Shown here: in pieces, positions 9,476 through 18,505 of the stretch
Numbering within the stretch: the first letter of the stretch is position 1
Layout: every line of letters starts with the position of its first letter
Source of the DNA: Spirochaetia bacterium
GTDB lineage: Bacteria; Spirochaetota; Spirochaetia; SZUA-6; Bin103
DNA: 64,000 nucleotides
NCBI GenBank assembly: GCA_965198005.1
Contig: CBDAOI010000002.1
Span: 64,001-128,000 of the forward strand
Direction: 5' to 3'
The notes under the pieces: generated by a model
Seen by the model: the letters and a program-made list of their open reading frames with translations, nothing else
Databases searched by the model: none
What the model was told of the DNA's origin: nothing
Program-made: the position numbers and the translations under genes

Positions 9476-11107
9476 CTAGTTCAACTCGGACTTGAGCTGA
9501 CTATCGATCCACGACCGAGCCAATAGCCCTCCCCAGCCGCAGTTGCCAATCTGCAACTCGCCGTTGAGGCCGACGATCCACGGCTGCGCAACGTTGAACG
9601 TTCCAACCCGCACACCCCAGATGTAGGGGTGCTGCTCGATCACCCACATGTCGAGCTCCTTCGCCAGCCGTATGGCTGCGTCCTGGTCGGTCATCGCCTG
9701 GTACTCCGCGTACCTGGTGGCGTCGTCGAGCACATTCAGCTCGACCTCCACCCCGATCTCCTTCCAGTAACCGACTTGCAGCTCATGGTAGCCGACGTCG
9801 GATCGTTGCGCGCTTTGCCACATCGAGGTCCGGAAGCGGACGCCATCCGCCCCGCGTGGGTAGCCGGCCTCGTCGAGGAGTCGCTCGGCACCTTCCGGGT
9901 CGTAGACCCAGTGCTGCTTGATCTCTTCGGGCCAAGTATCGAAGGAGTTATAGGAGCCCCACGACGGCCCGGTGGGGCCCATTGGCTCCCAGGTTCCGAA
10001 GCCCGAGAAGTAGGTGTCCCTGATGGTCTCGTTGTCGATCGCCATCTGCAGTGCGTGGCGCACCCGTATGTCGGTGAGAGGCCCCTCCTCTGTCAACTTG
10101 ATGGCCGACGCCGTGTCGTTTCGGAACGCGATCGGCCAGGCCTGCATGCCGGGGTTGCTTTTCCGGAGGTCCTGCACGCTTTGGGGCGAAGCGATCTGCG
10201 CAACACCCGGCGACCCGCTGAAATCGACCTGACCCGAGCGCAGCGCCGCAAGCTTGGTCGCCTCGTCGCCCATCGTCAGCGCCACGATCCTGTCGACATA
10301 GGGCAGCCGGTTCCCGGGGAATTTCTCGTCGTCCTTCCAGTAGTTGGGGTTCCTGTCATACGTGATCGAGCTGCCGAGGTCGGCCTCGACCATGGTGAAG
10401 GGCCCGGTGCCGATCAACTTGTTGGGGTCGTCGAGCGTGTCTAACGTCTCCGGTGCAAATACCCGGATGTGGCAGTCGTCGAACAGCTGTCGATACGTGT
10501 CCGCGTGCGGCCGCGAAAGCTTGATCACGAACGTCAGCTCGTCGGTAGCCGTTACCGACTCGACGGGGATCGACTTGGTTCCCCAGGTGTGCGGCGCGGG
10601 CTCCTGGCCGGCAAACCTGCCGATGCCAAACAGGCGCTCGTAGTTCCAGGCCACGTCGTCGGCAGTCAGCTGGCGGCCGTTCACCGGCGGCTTGTCGTGA
10701 AAGAAGACGTTATCGTGGAGCTTATAGATGTAGGTCAACGGATCCGGGTTCTCCCAGCTCTCTGCCAGGTGGCCGGTCACGACGCTCTCGGGAAAGAAGG
10801 TTGTGAACGCGAGGATACTGCGGTCGGTAGCCCAGTCCGCCTGGCCCAGCTTGTCCGTCACCGGTGCCGAGATTAGCCCCGCCGCGTGGGTGACCCAGCT
10901 GTCGCCATGCGTCTCCGGGCGCTTATTCATCACGTACGTGAGGGTCCCGCCGTATTCCGGCGCGACAACCTGCTTGCCGGTGGACGGATCGGTCACGTAC
11001 TCCTTCTCGGCCGCCGCGGCCGAGTCGTCATCGCTGTCGCCGCTGGCGAACGTAACGGTAGCCACCAGCGCGAACGCCAGTGCCAAAGAAATAAATCGAA
11101 GAGCCAT
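9476..11107 (-). CDS. ABC transporter family 5 (peptide/nickel) substrate-binding protein, with a probable in-frame internal deletion
   Basis: Signal peptide, VTDPSTGKQVVAPEYGGTLT, IGTGPF, DIRVRHALQMAID; shorter than the paralog at 14210-15994 around 9710. Confidence 0.88.
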   Translation of the reverse strand: MALRFISLALAFALVATVTFASGDSDDDSAAAAEKEYVTDPSTGKQVVAPEYGGTLTYVMNKRPETHGDSWVTHAAGLISAPVTDKLGQADWATDRSILAFTTFFPESVVTGHLAESWENPDPLTYIYKLHDNVFFHDKPPVNGRQLTADDVAWNYERLFGIGRFAGQEPAPHTWGTKSIPVESVTATDELTFVIKLSRPHADTYRQLFDDCHIRVFAPETLDTLDDPNKLIGTGPFTMVEADLGSSITYDRNPNYWKDDEKFPGNRLPYVDRIVALTMGDEATKLAALRSGQVDFSGSPGVAQIASPQSVQDLRKSNPGMQAWPIAFRNDTASAIKLTEEGPLTDIRVRHALQMAIDNETIRDTYFSGFGTWEPMGPTGPSWGSYNSFDTWPEEIKQHWVYDPEGAERLLDEAGYPRGADGVRFRTSMWQSAQRSDVGYHELQVGYWKEIGVEVELNVLDDATRYAEYQAMTDQDAAIRLAKELDMWVIEQHPYIWGVRVGTFNVAQPWIVGLNGELQIGNCGWGGLLARSWIDSQLKSELN

Positions 11108-11126
11108 AGTGCTCCCCCTTGTTTCG

Positions 11127-11186
11127 GGATCTCGGGTCTGCGACCCGTAGCCCGGGGTTTTTTGCTTGCGCCGGTAACACCGGCTT
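11127..11186 (-). promoter_or_regulatory. SBP 5' leader with hairpins GCCGGT-GTT-ACCGGC and CGGGTC-GCA-GACCCG
   Basis: Inverted repeats read directly; a second copy is at 3062-3120. Confidence 0.55.
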
Positions 11187-11404
11187 CCTTGCATGATGGT
11201 GGTGGTGTCGCCCCACGGCGTGCAGCGGCCGGCGCCGAGCCGGCGGCCGCGTGGGAGTGAGGGACGTTGGGTGTGGACGTCTACGGGAGCCGCCGCGCTG
11301 TCGACGCCAGCGGCGGCGAAGGAATCAAGGGCGCGGCCAAGCGCGCCGTCAGGGCTTTCTAGTAGGCTGCTTGCAAATCTTGGGGGGGGGTAGGATGCAC
11401 CGGC

Positions 11405-11870
11405 TGCGCCACCGCCAGCCGGTTACTGCGCTGACTGTCGTCGTGGCACTTCATCGGCATCCGTCGTCCCAGACGAGGCAAGCTTGCTGTGGACGCGGCC
11501 ACTCTGTCAACAACTCGGACGTCACCGAACATCACCGGCCACCGGCCACTGTGCTGACTGTCGTCATGGCGCTTCATCATCGATCCGTCGAACCCCAGAC
11601 GAGGCAAGCTTGCTATGGACGCGGTCACCCTGTCAACGACTCGGGGGTCACCGGGGTCACCGAACGTCACCGCCAACCGGTCACCGCGCTGACTGTCATC
11701 ATGGCGCTTCATCGGCATCCGTCGAAACCCCAAGCGACGCACGCTAGCATAGGCGCGGCGCGCCTGTCAACGACTCGGAGGTGACCGACAGTCACCGCCG
11801 ACCGGCCACTGCGCTGACTGTCGTCATGGCGCTTCATCACCGATCCGTCGAACCCCAAGCGAGGCACGGA
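11405..11870. repeat. Intergenic tandem array of 4 imperfect units (periods 123, 135 and 125 bp)
   Basis: ctgactgtc anchors at 11431, 11554, 11689 and 11814; the whole unit is conserved. Confidence 0.92.
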
Positions 11871-12179
11871 TACCCCGTTAAACGAAATAAATCAAGTAAT
11901 CAGCCGCCGTAGCTTGGCGTCCCCGTAGGAGCTTCGCCACCGCCACGCCGACCGGTTGGTGTTCGAGCACCTCCCCATCGTCCCAGGCGGTGCTCGCTTA
12001 CAAATAGCGACAACGCGCGCGGGTGGCCGTCCACCCCTCCCACCGACGTTGGACCAGGTCGGTCGCAGACGTTTTTCGCTCGATCACCCCGGCGCCAGCA
12101 GTCGTGGCGTGTCACGAGACTGCCATGGATTGGCGCTATCCTGGTCAGAGGGGGGTGCATGGTTACCCTGCGGGCCGTA

Positions 12180-13112
12180 TTAAACCGACCTGGCGGCATC
12201 GGCACCGAGGCGACTGCCACTGCCGCGCAGCCGCGGGTCGAGCAGATCGCGCACCGCGTCGCCGAACATGTTCAGACAAAAAACGACAATCGTCAGGCAA
12301 AGACCGGGCCAGAGAGCCAGCCATGGCGCCATCTCCATGAACTGGCGCCCTTCCCGGCTGAGCAGACCTCCCCAGTCAGGAGTCGAGATTGGCAGGCCGA
12401 ATCCCAGGAAGCTCAGAGAAGCCGCAGCCAGGATGTTGCCTCCTATGCTTATCGAGAATATGATGATTATGAGGGGCATAATATTCGGCAGGACATGCTG
12501 GATAAATGTTCTCCATATTGAGGAGCCAATCGCTTCTGCTGCCTGAAAATACACATTCTCTCCAATATCGATAACGGCGCCTCTGACTACTCTTGAGCCG
12601 CCGATGCCTCCGGCTATCCCCAGGACCACTATTATCTGTGGCAAACCCCGCCCCACCAGGGACATTATGGTCAGCAACAGGAGCAGTCCCGGGAAACTCA
12701 TCCAGCCATCAACAAATCTCTGCACAGCCAGGTCAAATACACCACCAAGGAATCCTGATGTGCCGCCTATCAGGACCGCCACCACAACATTAAGAGCGGT
12801 CGCTGACAGACCGACAAGTAACGAAAGACGGGCTCCGTAGAGAAGGCGGCTCAAGGAGTCTCGCCCTAGGTGGTCGGTACCCAGCAGATATTGGGCTGAT
12901 GGGCCCTGCAGCCTGTCTGCCAGGTGTATTTCAAGAAAGCCATAAGGGGCCAGAACATTGGCAAAGATAGCGACAAGAAACAATATCAATATGATAATCC
13001 CGCTGAAGGTACCCACTGGCTTCTCCCTCCACAGCCTGGTAAAGAAATCAGCCAGCCAGGTTCGTCTCTTTGGCTCACTTGCTGGTGGTGGTATCCCTGT
13101 GGCGTCACTCAT
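12180..13112 (-). CDS. DppC/OppC-type ABC permease
   Basis: LLGTDHLGRD, HVLPNIMP, ASLSFLGFG and NMFGDAVRDLLDPR motifs. Confidence 0.93.
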   Translation of the reverse strand: MSDATGIPPPASEPKRRTWLADFFTRLWREKPVGTFSGIIILILFLVAIFANVLAPYGFLEIHLADRLQGPSAQYLLGTDHLGRDSLSRLLYGARLSLLVGLSATALNVVVAVLIGGTSGFLGGVFDLAVQRFVDGWMSFPGLLLLLTIMSLVGRGLPQIIVVLGIAGGIGGSRVVRGAVIDIGENVYFQAAEAIGSSIWRTFIQHVLPNIMPLIIIIFSISIGGNILAAASLSFLGFGLPISTPDWGGLLSREGRQFMEMAPWLALWPGLCLTIVVFCLNMFGDAVRDLLDPRLRGSGSRLGADAARSV

Positions 13113-13130
13113 ACTCGTGATTTCCCCCCT

Positions 13131-14135
13131 TTATCTATAACGGACCCTGGGGTCTAAATAAGGATAGATCAGGTCGATCATTAGATTGGCCCCCATAACC
13201 GCGGCGCCGAAAACCAGGTTTACTCCGGAGACCACCGGGTAGTCTCTGTCATCGAGGGCAGTCACCATGAGACGACCTAACCCGGGCAGGTTGAAGATGT
13301 TCTCCATGATAACGGAGCCGCCTACGAGGAGAGGCAACTGCATGCCTACCAGGGTAACTACCGGGATGAGGGCATTTTTTATGGCGTGTCTCATAACAAC
13401 CACCCTCTCCTTGAGACCCTTGGACCAGGCTGTCCTGACATAGTCCTGCCGGAGCACCTCCAGCATCGTGGTGCGCGTCATCCGCATTGTGGCTGCGGAC
13501 ATGGCTGTCCCCAGAATCAGGCTGGGAATGATTAGAATCCCGAGATTCCCCAGCGGGTCTTCCGTGAAAGGAACCAGCTCCATCGGTGGCGACCAGCCCC
13601 ACCAGATTGCCGGGAATATCATGACCATCAGTGCCAGCCAGAAGTTAGGCACTGACATGCCGATGATGGCCGCGGTGCGCCCCACGTAGTCCTCGGCCGT
13701 ATCCTGGCGAATCGCCGAGTAGATGCCGACTGGCAGGGCTATCAAGAGCCCGATGATGATTGCTATGACACCAAGCTCGATGGTTACCGGCAAACTATCT
13801 ATTATCCTCTCCTCTATCGTAAAAGCGCCCATCAGTGATTTTCCAAGGGTGCCCTGGAGGAGACCTCTAAAGTGGGACTCACCGGTAACCCAGTCAGGGG
13901 TCGGCAACACTCCTATCCAGCGTCCATACTGCACGTGGACAGGCACGTCCAATCCCAGCATATGTTCAAGAGTTTCACGGTCAACCCTCCCCACGCTTGG
14001 GAACATTTCCATCCTACTCAATATTACGTCTATTACATCGCCGGGGATAAAGTGGACCGAGAAAAAGACCAGGATAGTCAATATCCACAGGGTGGGGATT
14101 ACCAGCAATAACCGCCTGATAAGATAGACTTTCAC
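13131..14135 (-). CDS. DppB/OppB-type ABC permease
   Basis: MLEVLRQDYVRTAWSKGL..HAIKNALIPVVT, ends YLDPRVRYR. Confidence 0.93.
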   Translation of the reverse strand: MKVYLIRRLLLVIPTLWILTILVFFSVHFIPGDVIDVILSRMEMFPSVGRVDRETLEHMLGLDVPVHVQYGRWIGVLPTPDWVTGESHFRGLLQGTLGKSLMGAFTIEERIIDSLPVTIELGVIAIIIGLLIALPVGIYSAIRQDTAEDYVGRTAAIIGMSVPNFWLALMVMIFPAIWWGWSPPMELVPFTEDPLGNLGILIIPSLILGTAMSAATMRMTRTTMLEVLRQDYVRTAWSKGLKERVVVMRHAIKNALIPVVTLVGMQLPLLVGGSVIMENIFNLPGLGRLMVTALDDRDYPVVSGVNLVFGAAVMGANLMIDLIYPYLDPRVRYR

Positions 14136-14154
14136 AATGAGAAGTGTGACATGT

Positions 14155-14188
14155 CATTGCGAGCCCCGATTTATCGGGGCTCGCAATG
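14155..14188. repeat. Perfect intergenic palindrome (REP-like or mRNA-stabilising hairpin) between SBP and dppB
   Basis: cattgcgagccccgat-tt-atcggggctcgcaatg, 16-bp arms. Confidence 0.8.
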
Positions 14189-14209
14189 GCGTTGTCGGCT
14201 GCAAAACCC

Positions 14210-15994
14210 CTAATAACTCATTGCTTCCTTCAGCTCACTATCAATCCAGAGGCGCTCGAGAGGGGGAGTATAGCCGTTGAGGTAGAAATCACCGTTAAAC
14301 CCTATGACCCACGGCTGGGTTCCGCCAAATTGGGGAACTTTAGGACCCCATATGTACCAATGCTGCTCTATGATGTACATATCTGCCTCTGCAACCAGCC
14401 TCTGCTGCTCCTCAACGGTGGTGGCGGCCATGGCGGCTTCAGCCATGGCGTCAAACACAGGGTCCTGGTGTCCAGTGCGGTTGTTGTAATTTCTCGAGTG
14501 AATCCTGTCCATCAGCCCACCGGGGGACCAGTCCACACCGAGATCAATATAGGTCATACCTTCATAAGTACCTTCCCTTACTAGCTGCGAACGAAAAGCC
14601 CCGTCACCTGTATAAATCTCTACATCAACGCCAATCTCAGCCCAGTATTCAACGGCTATTTCTTGATAACCTACATCCCAAGAGGGCAGGTAGAGACGGA
14701 AGGTCTTGAATCTAATGCCATCCGCGCCACGCGGATGCCCAGCCTCATCAAGCAACGCTTCGGCACCTTCCGGGTCGTAGTCAAAGACCTTCTTGACATC
14801 TTCGGACCACTCTTCAAATGGGACGTAATACCCCTTCAGACCATCCCCTATAACCCCCTGAGGCTTCCAACTTGCAAAACCCTGGAAGTAGGTATTGTTG
14901 ATTGTCTCCAGGTCAATTGCCATCTGCATTGCCTTGCGCACCCTGATGTCGAGAAAGGGCGACGGGTGGCGCAGGTTAAAAGCACTAGGGGTCTCCGACC
15001 GAAACGCAGACGGCCATAGCACGATTTCGGGGTTGGTACGCTGGAGACTCGCTGCCTGGTCGAGAGACCGTAATTGAGTGCTGTCGGGACCTATGTAATC
15101 AATCTTACCCGAGCGCAATGCCGCCAGACGTGTTGCTACCTCTGGCATAATCAGCCGCCTTAACTGGTCAATATAGGGCAAGCGGTTCTCCGGGTACTTT
15201 TCGTCGTAGCCCCAGTAGTCAGGATTCCTGGTATAGGTCAGAGAGGTGCCCTTGACCCAGTCAGTCAGCATATAGGGCCCGGTGCCGACTATGGTCCTCC
15301 AATCCTCAGCGTTGCCGTGTTCCTCGATTACCTCGGGGGGCAATGTGACAGCGGCGCGGTTCAAGAGCATAATAAGCGGCGTATCTATGCGTGGCTCCTT
15401 CAGCTTCACAACAACCGTATATTTGTCGGTTGCCGTTATCGATTCGAATGGTATGGAGGCGATTGCGCCAGTAACGGGGCCTGGTCCGACTTCGCTGAAC
15501 TGGCCCAGACCCGCATTACGTTCAAAGTTATATGCGACATCCTCGCCAGTTAGCTCCCGACCGTTCATCGGTGGCTTATCGTGCCAGTGAACGCCCTGAC
15601 GGATGCGGAAGATATAGGTTGTGTCGTCGGTCATTTCCCAGCTTTCCGCCAGCTTCCCTGTTACGACATGTAGAGGCATGTAAGGGTCTGTAAAGCCATA
15701 TTCGTCCCTATCTATTGCCCAGTTCCCCATGCCTAGCCTCTCTACAACGTCCTCAATGGCCCTTGGCGACCCGGACCAGGGGTCAGCATGCGGAGGCTCG
15801 ACCCCATCGCTGTAGGTCAATGTGCCGCCGTACTCTGGCGCCACCACCACCTTCCCGGTCGTGGGGTCGGTCACGTACTTCTTGTCGGCGGCGGCTGCCG
15901 GCTCCTCTTCTGCGCCGCTGGCCCAGAGGCCGGTTGCGGTCAGAATCACGACCAACGCAACCGCGAAGGTCATTCTGATTTTTACAATGTTCAT
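14210..15994 (-). CDS. ABC transporter family 5 substrate-binding protein
   Basis: Signal peptide ..LWASGAEEEPAAAADKKYVTDPTTGKVVVAPEYGG; VGTGPY; DIRVRKAMQMAID; RBS GGAG upstream. Confidence 0.93.
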   Translation of the reverse strand: MNIVKIRMTFAVALVVILTATGLWASGAEEEPAAAADKKYVTDPTTGKVVVAPEYGGTLTYSDGVEPPHADPWSGSPRAIEDVVERLGMGNWAIDRDEYGFTDPYMPLHVVTGKLAESWEMTDDTTYIFRIRQGVHWHDKPPMNGRELTGEDVAYNFERNAGLGQFSEVGPGPVTGAIASIPFESITATDKYTVVVKLKEPRIDTPLIMLLNRAAVTLPPEVIEEHGNAEDWRTIVGTGPYMLTDWVKGTSLTYTRNPDYWGYDEKYPENRLPYIDQLRRLIMPEVATRLAALRSGKIDYIGPDSTQLRSLDQAASLQRTNPEIVLWPSAFRSETPSAFNLRHPSPFLDIRVRKAMQMAIDLETINNTYFQGFASWKPQGVIGDGLKGYYVPFEEWSEDVKKVFDYDPEGAEALLDEAGHPRGADGIRFKTFRLYLPSWDVGYQEIAVEYWAEIGVDVEIYTGDGAFRSQLVREGTYEGMTYIDLGVDWSPGGLMDRIHSRNYNNRTGHQDPVFDAMAEAAMAATTVEEQQRLVAEADMYIIEQHWYIWGPKVPQFGGTQPWVIGFNGDFYLNGYTPPLERLWIDSELKEAMSY

Positions 15995-16103
15995 AGTAGC
16001 TCCCTATGTAGATGTTTCGAGAGTATTGCGTAGCGGATTGCCGCTCCCTGGCTACTCTGACGCCCGCAACCGCGGGCGCGCCCGCAAACGCGGACGGCCA
16101 GTC

Positions 16104-16203
16104 TGAGTCAAATTCCTGAAGCGCGCGGCGTGTGACTCACCGGGTTCACCCGGGCTCACGCCGCGCGCGCGTGCGGTTCTTTCAGTATCATCTTCACCTC
16201 CTT
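16104..16203 (-). promoter_or_regulatory. Candidate leader peptide (MILKEPHARAA, 16156-16191) with alternative hairpins
   Basis: AAGGAGGTG SD; the ORF end overlaps a 12-bp hairpin arm (16157-16168 pairs with 16121-16132); a competing TGAGTCA/TGACTCA pair lies at 16104-16110 and 16133-16139. Confidence 0.45.
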
Positions 16204-16520
16204 CTTGGGGCACAGGGTGCCCTGCCAGATGGCTGACATAAGATGGGATCCGCGTGCGCGGCCCATCATGCGAACGCCCACCGCTCGGCGGACGTCGGGA
16301 CCTGCGTCACAACGCCACGCGGGGCGGTGGTCGGCCGAGCAACGAATGTGGTTGACCGGCGACGTCGGCGGTCGGTTCTGTGACGGTGAGTTGGGGGGCG
16401 GGGATCCCGGACCGTTGCGGTCGTAGCCGGCCGCTACCCCGGTGCTGAGGGCGACGGCGTGCGCGGGGGCACGTACGGGGCGATCAGCCGGAGCGGCTAG
16501 TTGTTTCTCGGTTCGAAAAA

Positions 16521-16547
16521 GTGTGTGTGTGTGGGGGGGGGGGGGGG
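16521..16547 (+). repeat. Simple sequence repeat (GT)6 followed by G15
   Basis: Read directly from the sequence. Confidence 0.85.
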
Positions 16548-17594
16548 ACTCCTCACCATTAAGCAAGCGCGCCGCGAGCTGATTTTCAGCAAATCTCGGC
16601 GAGCGGCTGTCAGGGGAACAGAGTGTCATAAGCGTTGACGTGTTATAGGTCACTCAAGCCCTCCGCAGGTGAGGCACAGCTATACCCAGACCCAGATGTA
16701 GTCGCGATGTCGCGATTGACTGCATCCCACCCTATCATAACCTCCGCCCCCGAGGACATCAACCACGAATCGGCCCAGCAATTCTCGGTGAACGGCAGTC
16801 GATGGCCTGAAGAGACAGTCTGGGGGGCCCCCCATTTGTCAACCCCCGCCGCGAAAGGATTCCGGGGGGGCAAGGGTAGGACGCGCCGGTTGCGTTGCCC
16901 CTAACCGGTGGCAGCGCTGAGTAGTGTTTTCAGCCATCTTTTGCATCCGTGAAACCTGAGCCGTTTACTCTGCCACCCCTGCGGCAAACACGTCAACAGG
17001 AAAAACTGGCGAATTGAAGGTTTCTTGAGATTTCGTTCGGGCAGCCGCGGCAGCCGAGAGCCCCTCGCGGCGCCGACTCGGGCGCATCGCCCCTCCGGAG
17101 CCGTCATTCGCCGGCGATGTGGTCGTCCGCAGGCCGTTCACCGTCCACGTCGGCCTCACAGCGGCCCGCTGAGGGCCTTCCAGCCCCTCGGGGGTAAGCC
17201 TGGGGTACCCCCTGCAACACCCGTCAACGCCGATTCCCGGCACCGCTGGCTCCGTATTGACCGCGCCGCCACCGCCCGCAGCCCAGCCTGGTCGGGTCGC
17301 AGCCACCTCCAGGACCAGCTACTAGCGACGGCAGACCTCCTCGAGCGTCAAGCCGCCGCTCCGTCAGTCGGCGCGCGCGGGGGGAATGGGCCGTTGCTGC
17401 GGCCGTCGCGGCGCTCCGGAGGTGCAACCGCGAGCCGCTCGCCGGTTGAGTTCGAGGCTGCTCGGACAGGAGCGGCAGCACGAGCGCCGCCGCGGCGACG
17501 ATCTCGGCACTCGGACCCGTTCAGGGCCGGCATTCACCGCCGATTGGCCGGCAGCGGGCCGCTCGGCGTCCGAGTCGGCCTCATAGCGGCCCCC

Positions 17595-18375
17595 TGACGG
17601 CGTGCGGTCACGCAGCATCGCGCACGCCACCGCGAGCAACCGGTCCGCGACCGTACGCAGCGCCCGGCCATGGCGCTGCCCGCGCGCGCGCAGCGCCGCA
17701 TACCGCTCCCGACTCACCGGATCGTGCTGGATCGCCACCCGCGCCCAGTGATACATCGCGTTGCTCAGCCGCTGGTTGCAGGCACGGCGCATGCTCACCT
17801 GGCAACTCTTCCCCGACCGGCGCGACTCCGGTCAGAATCCGCAAACTGCGGTAGTCTCGCTCAGCCAGCAACTGTGAGGCCTCCGCGAACAGCGTGGCGA
17901 GCACGATCCGACCAACACCGGGCATCGAACGCAGGATGACGGCGTCACGCTGCTCTTCTGGTTCACCCGAGTCGTCGTCGGCCACAATCTCGGCCACGAA
18001 TGCTCGGCCAGCAGTTCGCTCGAGCGCTGCTGCCGCAGGATGCGCAGCACACTGACAGCATCATGGCGCCGGATGCGGTTGCGCTTCAGGATGGCCGCGA
18101 CCGACGCCTTCCGGACCCGCGCTGCCTCCGCCGGCGTCGAAGCCTTCTCCCACAACTCCAGAACCCAGCCCGCGCCGAGATCACCGCCCAGCTCCAGCAT
18201 CTCCGGGTAGTAGCGGCGCAGTTGCTCGCGCATGCGATTGATCAGCCCGTTGCGTTCCTCCTGCAACTCGGCAGTCAGGCGCGACCATTCCCGCAACTCG
18301 ATCACCGGCGGTGCCTGCACCTGCAACTGACGAAAGCTGCGGCGGTCGGTGCGCAGCGAGTCTGCCAACACTCCG
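17595..18375 (-). mobile_element. IS110 family transposase pseudogene (5' truncated, frameshifted)
   Basis: VLADSLRTDRRSFR..ELREWSR, ILRSMPGVGRIVLATL..TGVAPV and MRRACNQRLSNAMYHWARVAIQHDP pieces in different frames. Confidence 0.88.
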
Positions 18376-18505
18376 AAGTTGAGACGCGCTATGCATACGT
18401 GTGGCGCCGATTGACTGCACGTCCCCGCTATAACCGCGTTTCCCGTCGAGGTCAAACAAAAAGGCCCGGATGGCGAAATTGTTGATATACGTTACGTTGG
18501 TCGAC

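Noticed and set aside
11570-11600. tmRNA-like GGGGTTCGACGG on the minus strand of the array units
   Set aside because: Only a short resemblance; no tRNA-like 3' end or tag ORF is visible
11405-11870. CRISPR array
   Set aside because: Whole ~125-bp units are similar; there are no unique spacers between short identical repeats and no cas genes in the window
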